Positions 48,661 to 57,121 of a stretch of DNA of 64,000 nt are shown in pieces; the first letter of the stretch is position 1; each line of letters begins with the position of its first letter. The DNA is from Vicinamibacteria bacterium. Lineage in GTDB: Bacteria > Acidobacteriota > Vicinamibacteria > Marinacidobacterales > Marinacidobacteraceae. A program made the position numbers and the translations under genes. The stretch is from contig OY821641.1 in assembly GCA_963555995.3 (NCBI GenBank), forward strand, positions 3,680,001 through 3,744,000, read 5' to 3'. Under the pieces are notes generated by a model. It did no database searches. It worked only from the letters and a program-made list of their open reading frames with translations, and was not told the DNA's origin.

Positions 48661-49449
48661 ATGCTTCAAAGAGCCCCTCGCACGCTCATTCTGCTCGCGA
48701 TTCCCCTTGCCGCCGCCCTGATGGTCGGCTGCGGCGGTGGCGGCGAATCGGACACCGCGATGGAGGCCGTTCCGGCCGCCTCCATGACCACCGTGGACCC
48801 GGCGACCGCCGGGACCATCAACGGCAAGATCATGCTGGACGGCGAGGCCCCGCCGGCCGACACCATCCAGATGGCCGCGGACCCGAACTGCGCCCGCATG
48901 CACGACAGCCCGGTGATGACCGAGTTCGTGATCACCGACATGGAGGGCGGCCTCCAGAACGCCTTCGTGTACATCAAGGGCGGCCTCGAAGGCATGAGTT
49001 TCCCCACCCCGACCGAGCCGGTCACCCTGAACCAGGAGGGCTGCGTCTATGTGCCGCACGTGCTGGGCCTACAGGTCGGACAGGAACTGAACATCCTGAA
49101 CAGCGACGCGACGCTCCACAACATCCACGCCACCCCGACGGCGAACCAGGAGTTCAACATCGGCCAGCCGGTGGCCAACATGAGCACCACCCGGACCTTC
49201 GACACCGTCGAGATCATGGTCCCCTTCAAGTGCGACGTGCACCGCTGGATGAACAGCTACGCGGGCGTCCTCGACCATCCCTACTTCGCGGTCAGCGGCG
49301 CGGACGGCGCCTTCAGCATCGGGAACGTGCCTCCGGGCGACTACACGGTCGGCGTCTGGCACGAGCGCCTCGGTGAGATGGAGATGGCGGTGACGGTCGG
49401 CGAGTCGGCCACCGCGGACGCCAGCTTCACCTACAGCGCCGCCGAGTAG
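48661..49449 (+). CDS. Lipoprotein with cupredoxin-like (amicyanin-type) motif and carboxypeptidase-regulatory-like domain
   Basis: Lipobox LMVGC; GCVYVPHV, HNIH, KCDVHRWM; PPGDYTV.VWHE. Confidence 0.75.
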   Translation: MLQRAPRTLILLAIPLAAALMVGCGGGGESDTAMEAVPAASMTTVDPATAGTINGKIMLDGEAPPADTIQMAADPNCARMHDSPVMTEFVITDMEGGLQNAFVYIKGGLEGMSFPTPTEPVTLNQEGCVYVPHVLGLQVGQELNILNSDATLHNIHATPTANQEFNIGQPVANMSTTRTFDTVEIMVPFKCDVHRWMNSYAGVLDHPYFAVSGADGAFSIGNVPPGDYTVGVWHERLGEMEMAVTVGESATADASFTYSAAE

Positions 49450-49459
49450 GACAACCATT

Positions 49460-49522
49460 CGCATCGTGGCGGGCGACACCCGCCGGGATGCGGGAATCAC
49501 CGCCCTCGGGGCGGTGATTCCC
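49460..49522. terminator. Tandem hairpins between convergent genes
   Basis: GGGAATCACCGCCC-TCG-GGGCGGTGATTCCC (14-bp stem, 49492-49522) plus an upstream hairpin. Confidence 0.6.
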
Positions 49523-49524
49523 CC

Positions 49525-50823
49525 TCAGTGGTGGGGGTGGGATTCCTCTCCCTCCGGATGCGGCCGGGATCCCTCGGGGGCGCCTTCGGGCCAGGGCCGC
49601 TTGCGCAGGGCCTTGGCCCAGCCTTCGGCCACCTTGTCCCCACCGAGCTGCCGGACCCGGTTGTAGTCGAAGAGCGCTGGCTGGCGCTGACCCAGGCCGT
49701 CGCGGGCATTGCCGCGGCGGAAGTGCAGCATCACCCGGACGTCGGGAGGCGGGGAGGACTGGAGACCGCGTGAGAACGCGGTCTCCGCCGCCTCCCAGTT
49801 CTCTTCGAACAGCCAGGTCTCGCCCAGCCGGAGTTCGGCGAGACCGCCCGGGGACAGGTGGAAGTTCCCGAAACCGGCATCCCGCCGTTCGATGAAGGCG
49901 AGCACCTCCTCGCGCGCCTCGGCGGTTTCGCCATGATGCAGGTGAATTCCAACTTCTTCGAGGGCGAAGTCCGGGTTCCTGGGGAAGTTCTCGCGAAGCC
50001 GCCTGACGGCGTCGAGGGCTTCGTCCAGCCGATCCTCGCGCTGCATGAAGAGCGCGAGCGACCAGAGCGCGCCCCAGCGGGAGCGCTCGCCTTCGTTTGC
50101 GGTCCGGGCCACCCACTCCAGTCCCCGCTCCTTGTCGCCCCGCATGCCGAACAGCCTCGCGAGAAAACGGAGCGCCCGGGGCAGCGTCGCGATCCCGTAT
50201 TCATAGACCCCCGGCACCTGATAGGCATCGTCGTACTCGGGATCGATTTCCAGGACCCTGCGGTGGTGCTTGACCGCCCGCCGCATGGCCCCGGTTCCGC
50301 CCCAGTAGGACCGGAGGATCGTCATGTCCCAGGCAGCCTTGAGGGCTTCGCTGGCCCCCAGGTAGTAAAGGGCCAGCGGGTCGTCGGGATCGCGCGCGAG
50401 GACTCGCTCGCAGCGAGCCACCGATTCGGCGTACGAGCGGTCGAAGAGTTCCCGTTCTTCGGGGCTCAGCTCCGGCTTCGCGGTCTGGTCCCAGAATCGG
50501 TCCCCCCGGTGCGACGATCCGCGCATGGCCCCGATCGGCTGGGCGAAGCGCATGTACAGGGTGCTGGCGCGCCCGTAGGGTCCGGCGGCGAAGTCGGAAA
50601 ACTGTTGGTCGAGGCGCTGGAACACCTGATCGGCTTCCTCGTAGTCGTAGTTGAAGACGTGCTGGTACCCCTCTGCCTCAAGGGGCAGCGCTTCGGAACC
50701 GTCGAACCGCGCGGTTCCCTCGACGAGGTCCCGCGGCTGTCCGTGGACGAGGCCGGCCGCGAACAGAACAAGCGCGGCCAGGAAGCCGACTCGGGCGGTT
50801 GCGGTTGGCGAAGACTCCATCAT
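49525..50823 (-). CDS. Secreted TPR-like protein
   Basis: Signal peptide, TPR-like helices (ALYYLG, YDDAY..GVYEY, GDKERGL). Confidence 0.75.
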   Translation of the reverse strand: MMESSPTATARVGFLAALVLFAAGLVHGQPRDLVEGTARFDGSEALPLEAEGYQHVFNYDYEEADQVFQRLDQQFSDFAAGPYGRASTLYMRFAQPIGAMRGSSHRGDRFWDQTAKPELSPEERELFDRSYAESVARCERVLARDPDDPLALYYLGASEALKAAWDMTILRSYWGGTGAMRRAVKHHRRVLEIDPEYDDAYQVPGVYEYGIATLPRALRFLARLFGMRGDKERGLEWVARTANEGERSRWGALWSLALFMQREDRLDEALDAVRRLRENFPRNPDFALEEVGIHLHHGETAEAREEVLAFIERRDAGFGNFHLSPGGLAELRLGETWLFEENWEAAETAFSRGLQSSPPPDVRVMLHFRRGNARDGLGQRQPALFDYNRVRQLGGDKVAEGWAKALRKRPWPEGAPEGSRPHPEGEESHPHH

Positions 50824-50866
50824 GCCGCGTATTTTTCCACGCTGGCCCACTTACACTGCCGGTCTG

Positions 50867-51439
50867 ATGCCCGACCCGTCCAGCGCCGTTTCCGCCCAAC
50901 TGATCGCCCGCAGCGTCCCGTTCTCCGGGCGGCTGCTGCGCGTGGAACTCGATCGGGCGAAGGAGCCCACGGGACCGGACGCATACGGTCCGGAGGTCCG
51001 CCGGGAGGTGGTCCGGCACCCCGGCGCGGTGGCGGTCGTCGCCGTGACCCCGGAACACAAGCTGGTGCTGGTGCGGCAATACCGCTATGCCGCCGGCAGG
51101 TTCCTGCTGGAGATTCCCGCCGGAACGCTGGAACCCGGCGAGACTCCCGAAGAGACGGCCCGCCGCGAGCTGCGCGAGGAAACGGGCTACACCGCGGAGC
51201 GCCTGCGCCCGCTCGGGTCGTTCTTCAGCGCGCCGGGTTTCTGCGACGAGGTGATTCACCTGTTCCGGGCGGAGGGCCTCACCCCCGGCGAACAGGACAC
51301 GGATTTCGGAGAGGACATCGCCCTGGTCGAGATCCCCGTCGAAGAGGGGCGTCGCCGGCTGGCGGCGGGCGATTTCGAGGACGCGAAGACGCTCGCCGGG
51401 CTCGGGCTCTTCTTCCTGGAGGAACGCGGCCCCTCCTGA
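50867..51439 (+). CDS. NUDIX hydrolase, ADP-ribose pyrophosphatase-like
   Basis: HPGAV, RQYRY, EIPAG..GE..ARRELREETG, APGF, DAKT. Confidence 0.92.
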   Translation: MPDPSSAVSAQLIARSVPFSGRLLRVELDRAKEPTGPDAYGPEVRREVVRHPGAVAVVAVTPEHKLVLVRQYRYAAGRFLLEIPAGTLEPGETPEETARRELREETGYTAERLRPLGSFFSAPGFCDEVIHLFRAEGLTPGEQDTDFGEDIALVEIPVEEGRRRLAAGDFEDAKTLAGLGLFFLEERGPS

Positions 51440-51453
51440 GGCTGCCGACTCCG

Positions 51454-51984
51454 ATGGGATTCCACGGCGACACCGCGAAGCGGCCAGCCTGGCGGGGCAT
51501 CGCGCCCTTCCTGGTGGTGGCGGCACTCGCCGGCGCCTGCGCCGAGAAGCCGGATGCCCCCACGCCGGACGCCCCAGCGCCTCCCTTTGAGCTGCTGGAC
51601 CTCGACGGGCGCACCCACCACCTCTCGGACTTCGCGGGTCAGGTGGTGGTGCTCAACTTCTGGGCCACCTGGTGCCCGCCGTGCGTGGAGGAGATGCCGT
51701 CGCTCCAACGCCTTCAGGACCTCCTGGGAGACGACGGTCTCGAGGTGGTCGCGGTGTCCGTGGACGAGCGGTACTCCGACATCCCGCCGTTCGTCGCCGA
51801 ACACGGCCTGCGCTTCCTGGTTCTCCACGACCTCGGGAAACGGGTCTCCCGGCGCTATGAGGTGTTCCAGTTTCCGGAGACCTGGATCATCCGCCGCGAC
51901 GGGACGCTCGCCTCCCACATCATCGGCGCCCGCGACTGGGCCGCTCCCGGCTCGCTCGAGATTTTCCGGGACCTTCTCGAGTAG
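51454..51984 (+). CDS. TlpA/ResA family thioredoxin-like lipoprotein
   Basis: LAGAC lipobox; NFWATWCPPCVEEMP; FPET. Confidence 0.9.
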   Translation: MGFHGDTAKRPAWRGIAPFLVVAALAGACAEKPDAPTPDAPAPPFELLDLDGRTHHLSDFAGQVVVLNFWATWCPPCVEEMPSLQRLQDLLGDDGLEVVAVSVDERYSDIPPFVAEHGLRFLVLHDLGKRVSRRYEVFQFPETWIIRRDGTLASHIIGARDWAAPGSLEIFRDLLE

Positions 51985-52041
51985 GCGCTAGAATCCGCCG
52001 CTCGACCGGAGGGGATGCCGGTCCCGTGTGAGGCGATCCAC

Positions 52042-52452
52042 TTGAAGATTGAAGAATCGAGTCAGTTCCTGCAGGCGAACGCCGTGGCGCAGCGGGTGCG
52101 CCAGTTGATCCTGGGGGCGGCGCCCAAGGTGAAGACCCCGTCCCGACGGCCGACCGCGATCGCGCTCGCCGAGTTGAAAGCGGGCAAGCTCGAGGTCTAT
52201 GACCCGCGGGAAGCCGCCGAGCTGCTCGCCGAGGACAGCGAGGACTTCAGCGAGGAAGAGCGGGCCGCCGCCGAAGCGGCGCGGGCCAGCTTCGAGCAGA
52301 TGTTCGCCGAGGCGGCGGGTGGTGACGCGGACCTCGACGCCTCCCCCGAGGAAGCGGCCGAGCCCGCGCCGGAACCGGAAGCCGGCCCCGGCGAGACCGC
52401 GGCGGTAGAGGCGAACGGGACCGAAGCTCCGGCCGAAGCTCCGGCCGAATAA
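52042..52452 (+). CDS. rpoZ: RNA polymerase omega subunit with acidic C-terminal extension
   Basis: VAQRVRQLILGA.P..RPTAIALAELKAGKL resembles the omega core; TTG start with GAGG; TAGAAT upstream. Confidence 0.7.
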   Translation: MKIEESSQFLQANAVAQRVRQLILGAAPKVKTPSRRPTAIALAELKAGKLEVYDPREAAELLAEDSEDFSEEERAAAEAARASFEQMFAEAAGGDADLDASPEEAAEPAPEPEAGPGETAAVEANGTEAPAEAPAE

Positions 52453-52502
52453 CACTGGCGCTTGCGCGCCTCTCGCGTACCCTTTGGCGCGGGAGGATTT
52501 GC

Positions 52503-53822
52503 ATGAGTTCCCGTTTCCTTCGTGGCGCCGCCCTTGCGGTGCTCGCTCTCCTGTTCGTCCCGGCCGAAGCCGACGCCAAGACCGAAGCCCGCGTCCGCTG
52601 GGAGCGGATGTGCCAGATCCGCGCTGACAAGTTCGATCTCATCCTCCCCGAAGCCATGCGCGGGAACGGGATCGACATGTGGATCACGGTCATGAAGGAG
52701 GGACTCAGGGATCCCCTCTGGCCGGACCTCGGCCACGGCTACGTGGGGAGCACCGGCTACATCATCTTCACCGACCGGGGAGGCGACCGCATCGAGCGGG
52801 TGGCCATCGGAGCCACCGGCTACAAGATCGAGCGCTGCGGGGTCTATGACCAGGTGACCGGCAGCGCCGATCTCGCCGCGTTCGTGCGGGAGCGCGATCC
52901 CGAACGGATCGGCGTGAACATGTCCCGCAGCATCGGGGCGGCGGACGGGCTCTCGCACACGAGCTGGCTGCATCTCCGGGAGACGCTCGGCGAGCCCTAC
53001 GCGGACCGCCTGGTCTCGGCCGAGAAGCTGATCTCGGACTTCCGTTCCCGGCGGGTGGCGAGCGAGATCGTCGCCTTCGGCGAGGCCGGCGAGTGGTCGC
53101 GGAGGATCGCCGAGCGCGCCTTCTCGAACGAGGTCATCACCCCGGGCGTCACCGCGCTCGAGGACGTCGGCTGGTGGATCGAACAGCAACTGCTGGAGAA
53201 CGGCCTCGACAGCTCGTTCGGCATGCCGTCCATCTACATCACCGGTCCGACCGGCATCGAGGCCACCTCCAACGAGCGCATCATCCAGCGCGGCGACCTG
53301 CTGATGATTGACTGGGGGGTCGGCTACCTGAACTTCTATACCGACATGAAGCGGATCGCCTACGTGCTGAAGGACGGCGAGGTCGCCGCGCCGCCGGGCA
53401 TCCAGAACGCCTTCGACCGGGGCCGCGCCGCCCGCGACGTGATCCGGCGGACCATCAAGCCGGGCCCGACCGCGGGAGCGATGCTGGAACAACTCGGCGC
53501 CGAGCTGACCGCCGCCGGCTTCCAGATGATCGAGTTCAACCAGCCCACCGATGACGACACCACCGACGTCGTGATCGGCTGCCACTCGGTCGGGAACCTC
53601 GGCCACGGGATCGGCCCCTCCATCGCCTGGTTCAATCCCACCCGGCTGGAGTACGAGATCGTGCCCTCGAACATGTTTTCCATCGAACTCTTCGCCTACA
53701 CGAAGGCCGACGAGTTCGGCGGCGCCAAGGTCCGCATCCCGCTCGAGGACGACGCCATCGTCACCGAGCGGGGCGTGGAGTGGTTCTATCCCGCCAACGA
53801 CCGGATCCTGCTGATCCGCTAA
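52503..53822 (+). CDS. M24 family Xaa-Pro aminopeptidase-like, secreted
   Basis: DWGV..YTD, HSVG, SIE, LEDD metal ligands. Confidence 0.85.
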   Translation: MSSRFLRGAALAVLALLFVPAEADAKTEARVRWERMCQIRADKFDLILPEAMRGNGIDMWITVMKEGLRDPLWPDLGHGYVGSTGYIIFTDRGGDRIERVAIGATGYKIERCGVYDQVTGSADLAAFVRERDPERIGVNMSRSIGAADGLSHTSWLHLRETLGEPYADRLVSAEKLISDFRSRRVASEIVAFGEAGEWSRRIAERAFSNEVITPGVTALEDVGWWIEQQLLENGLDSSFGMPSIYITGPTGIEATSNERIIQRGDLLMIDWGVGYLNFYTDMKRIAYVLKDGEVAAPPGIQNAFDRGRAARDVIRRTIKPGPTAGAMLEQLGAELTAAGFQMIEFNQPTDDDTTDVVIGCHSVGNLGHGIGPSIAWFNPTRLEYEIVPSNMFSIELFAYTKADEFGGAKVRIPLEDDAIVTERGVEWFYPANDRILLIR

Positions 53823-53832
53823 GGAGGCCGAC

Positions 53833-56259
53833 ATGCGGCCGATTTCCGCCACTACCAAAGCCATCCTCTTCCTCATCCTGCCGGCGCTCGCGGGCGCGCA
53901 GCTCCGCTCGCAGTCGGAACTCACCGCCGCCGACGCCGATCCCGGCTTCCGCCTGACCCTCGATCATCTCGGCGGCGGCAACCGCGTCTTCGGCCTGGCT
54001 CCGCGCGACCTGCGCTGGGCCCCGGACGGTTCCGAGGTCTATTTCCGCTGGCGCGAGGATCCGAAACCCGACCAGCTCGCCGACGACGATCCGTGGTTTG
54101 CGGTGGACCGGGCGGGAGGAGCCCTGCGGGAGTTGAGCGAGGACGAGGTCGGCCTCGTCCCGGGATCGAACGCGGTCCGGACCGTCTCGGGAGACACGGC
54201 CGCCTGGAGCCGGCAGGGCTCGCTCTACGTCTGGACGGAGGACGGGGGAACGCGTCCGGTCTTCGCGGTCGCCGGCCAGATCGGACAGCTCCGGCTCCGT
54301 CCCGACGGCAGCAGGGTCCTCTTCGCCACCAAGGGTCTCTCGGCGAACGCGCCCGAGAGCGGAGATCTTTGGGAACACGACGTCGCCTCCGGCGCCACCC
54401 GCCAGCTCGCGGTGGTGGTCCCCGCGAAGGAGGAGGAGACCGACCAGCAGACCTGGCTCAAGGCGCAGCAGAACGAACTCGTCCAGGTCGTCCGCGAACG
54501 CAAGGAACGGGACGAACGCCGCGACCAGCTCCGCCGGGACCAGAACGGCCTCCTGCCCCAGGAGATTCCGGTCCCCAAGGGTGAGAAGGCGGTGGACATC
54601 CGCGTGTCACCGGACGGCAAGCACCTCGTCTTCCGGTCGCGCAAGGACCCCTCGGACCCGAAGCGCACCAGCTTCATGGAGTTCGTGAACGAGAGCGGGC
54701 AGGCCACCGAGAAGGACGCCCGTCCGAAGGTCGGCGAAACCCTCCCGTCGTGGCGCCTCGGCATCGTGGCGGTGGACCGCGCCGTCCGCACCGAGGACAT
54801 CGAGATCCGTTGGGTCGAGGACGGCATCGAGAAGGACACCGTGATGCACGGCCCCTGGTGGAGCCCGGACGGGAAGCACGGGGCGGTGCAGGTGCTCTCC
54901 ATGGACCACAAGGAGCGCTGGATCTCGCTGCTCGATGTCGAGTCCGGAACGCTGCGCCACGTGGACCACCAGCAGGAGGAAGCCTGGATCGGCGGGCCGC
55001 TGGTGACCGGCCGCTGGTCGCCGGGGTACCTGGAGTGGCTGCCGGACAGCCAGGCGTTCGCCTTCGGGTCGGTGGCGAGCGGCTGGGCGATGCTGATGCT
55101 CGCGAACCTCGAGGGAGAGGTCACGGCGCTTACCGAGGGCCAGTTCGAGGTGCGGCGCGCCGAGCTCGCGCCGGGCGGCGACTCGTTCCTCGTCACCACC
55201 AGCCGCGAGCATCCCGGCGAGGAGCACCTCTACCGGCTGCCGGCGCGCGGCGGCGCCCTCGAGCAGATCACCGGGGGCGAGGGAATGCACTCCTGGGCCG
55301 TCGCTCCCGACGGTGGGCGGGTCGCTGCGATCAGCCAGTCGCTCACCGAGATGGGCGATCTCTACCTGATGGACCCGGTGGCCGCTGCCGAGCCGGTACG
55401 GATCACGAAGAGCGGCACCGACGCCTTCTACCGGACCGCCTGGGCCGGCAGCGAGATCGTCGAGTACGACCTGCCCGACGGCACGACGGCGTGGGCCCGG
55501 ATCTGGGACACGCCTGCCGGGGCCACCCCCGGTGCGACGCCCGCCGTGGTCTATGCCCACGGCTGCGGCGAGTGCGCCCAGGCGGTGGTCAAGGGCTGGG
55601 CGCGCTCGGGCAGCATCGTCTATGCGAACTACCTGATCCAGCGCGGCTACGCGGCGGCCTCGGTGGACTACCGGGGAAGCTCCGGCTACGGACACCGGAA
55701 CCGCACCTACGCCTACCGCCAGATGGGGGTCTCGGACATCGACAGCGCGCTGCCGCTGCTGGACATCCTGGCGGACCGCCACGGCGTCGCGCGCGATCGC
55801 ATCGGGGTCTACGGCGGCTCCTACGGCGGCTTCTTCACCCTCATGTCCCTCTTCCGGAATCCGGGCAGCTACGCCGCGGGCGTCGCCCTCTACCCGGTCA
55901 CCGACTGGGTCCACTACAACCAGGGCTACACGAGCCGGATCCTGAACGGCGACCAGCTCGACGACGAGGAGGCCTATCGGGTCTCGAGCCCGGTCTACTA
56001 CGCGGACGGGTTACAGGACGCGCTCCAGATCCAGCACGGCCTCGTGGACGGCAACGTCCAGATCCAGGACTCCTTCCGCCTCGCCCAGATCCTCATCGAG
56101 AAGCAGAAGGACTTCGACCTGGTCGTCTATCCGGTCGAGGACCACGGCTGGGACGAGATCCCCACGCGCCGCGACAGCTACCGCCGCATGACCGACTTCT
56201 TCGACCGCTACCTCAGCGGCGGCTCCGGAGGCACACCCCCGACCACGGACCCACGATAG
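53833..56259 (+). CDS. S9 family (dipeptidyl/prolyl oligo)peptidase with beta-propeller
   Basis: DYRGSSGYG, GGSYGG (Ser), HGLVDGNV (Asp), YPVEDH (His). Confidence 0.92.
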   Translation: MRPISATTKAILFLILPALAGAQLRSQSELTAADADPGFRLTLDHLGGGNRVFGLAPRDLRWAPDGSEVYFRWREDPKPDQLADDDPWFAVDRAGGALRELSEDEVGLVPGSNAVRTVSGDTAAWSRQGSLYVWTEDGGTRPVFAVAGQIGQLRLRPDGSRVLFATKGLSANAPESGDLWEHDVASGATRQLAVVVPAKEEETDQQTWLKAQQNELVQVVRERKERDERRDQLRRDQNGLLPQEIPVPKGEKAVDIRVSPDGKHLVFRSRKDPSDPKRTSFMEFVNESGQATEKDARPKVGETLPSWRLGIVAVDRAVRTEDIEIRWVEDGIEKDTVMHGPWWSPDGKHGAVQVLSMDHKERWISLLDVESGTLRHVDHQQEEAWIGGPLVTGRWSPGYLEWLPDSQAFAFGSVASGWAMLMLANLEGEVTALTEGQFEVRRAELAPGGDSFLVTTSREHPGEEHLYRLPARGGALEQITGGEGMHSWAVAPDGGRVAAISQSLTEMGDLYLMDPVAAAEPVRITKSGTDAFYRTAWAGSEIVEYDLPDGTTAWARIWDTPAGATPGATPAVVYAHGCGECAQAVVKGWARSGSIVYANYLIQRGYAAASVDYRGSSGYGHRNRTYAYRQMGVSDIDSALPLLDILADRHGVARDRIGVYGGSYGGFFTLMSLFRNPGSYAAGVALYPVTDWVHYNQGYTSRILNGDQLDDEEAYRVSSPVYYADGLQDALQIQHGLVDGNVQIQDSFRLAQILIEKQKDFDLVVYPVEDHGWDEIPTRRDSYRRMTDFFDRYLSGGSGGTPPTTDPR

Positions 56260-56269
56260 CGCACCGGCA

Positions 56270-56722
56270 TGGAACGCCGCCTTCAGCCGGCACAGCCCGC
56301 CCAAGGCGGGCGGACCGCGTAACGCCGTCGCGCGCAAAACACGGAAACGGCTTGGAACGCCGGTCTCCAGACCGGCACGCGCGGCGCTCCGCGCGGCGCA
56401 CGTCCCAACCTCAACGGGCCAAGGTGGCCCCCGCCTCGACGCGGCGTTCCAGAGCGGAGGCAACAGGTACGGCTTGGAACGCCGCCTTCAGCCGGTACAG
56501 CCCGCCCAAGGCGGGCGGACCGCGTAACGCCGTCGCGCGCAAAACACGGAAACGGCTTGGAACGCCGGTCTCCAGACCGGCACGCGCGGCGCTCCGCGCG
56601 GCGCACGTCCCAACCCCACCGGGCCAAAGCGGCCCCCGCCTCGACGTGGAGTTCCAGAGCGCAGGCAGCAGGTACGGGTTGGAGCGCCGGCTTCAGCCGG
56701 CACCGCGGTCCGCAGGGCCGCG
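56270..56722 (+). repeat. BIME-like tandem array: 205-bp unit x2 plus partial, each carrying REP variants
   Basis: Units start at 56270, 56475, 56680; full REPs at 56349-56400 and 56554-56605; an inverted REP half (GCGGCGTTCCAG or variant) in each full unit. Confidence 0.88.
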
Positions 56723-56743
56723 AGGCTGCGGACCCTCAAAACT

Positions 56744-56845
56744 CAGCACAGCCCCGTGGACGGGCACGTCCAGACCAAGGACTCCTTCCGGCTGGCCCAG
56801 ATCCTCATCGAGAGGCAGAAACCTCGACCTGTCGGCTACCGGCGA
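56744..56845 (+). pseudogene. Diverged duplicate of the S9 peptidase 3' region (56032-about 56135)
   Basis: QHSPVDGHVQTKDSFRLAQILIERQK vs QHGLVDGNVQIQDSFRLAQILIEKQK; 68/78 nt identical, then frameshift. Confidence 0.8.
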
Positions 56846-57121
56846 GTCCTGTCGTCGGGCCGTAGAATCCTGTCAGCGCGCTCCCAGAGTGCCAGGACGA
56901 GCCCTCCGCAGCCCATGAAGCCGGAACTGACCGTGAACGACCTGATCCGGGAGGCGGACCGCTTCGCAACGGGCTTGGCGAAAGAGTGGACATCGAGAGG
57001 GAAGCCGCGCGGTGCGACGGAGACATTCCGAACCGTCCGCATACGGGCCTCCCGTGATTGAATTGGCCACTGGCAGGGCCGGGCGGGGAGACGATGTGAC
57101 GGCGTTTGAGCGAGGAGCGAG

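Noticed and set aside
49858-51984. 708-aa ORF as a fusion protein
   Set aside because: Only 51454-51984 (TlpA) is credible; the upstream part overlaps the TPR and NUDIX genes in other frames
56270-56722. CRISPR array
   Set aside because: Sequences between repeats are themselves repeated (205-bp period), the repeats occur dispersed elsewhere, and there are no cas genes
47238-56845. Diversity-generating retroelement TR/VR pairs for the two duplicated gene segments
   Set aside because: Mismatches are not adenine-specific, many are synonymous C/G changes, and no reverse transcriptase is in the window
12484-56865. Recurring peptides MERRSPDRHAR / AWNAGLQTG as a small-protein family
   Set aside because: They are translations of the REP element in different frames
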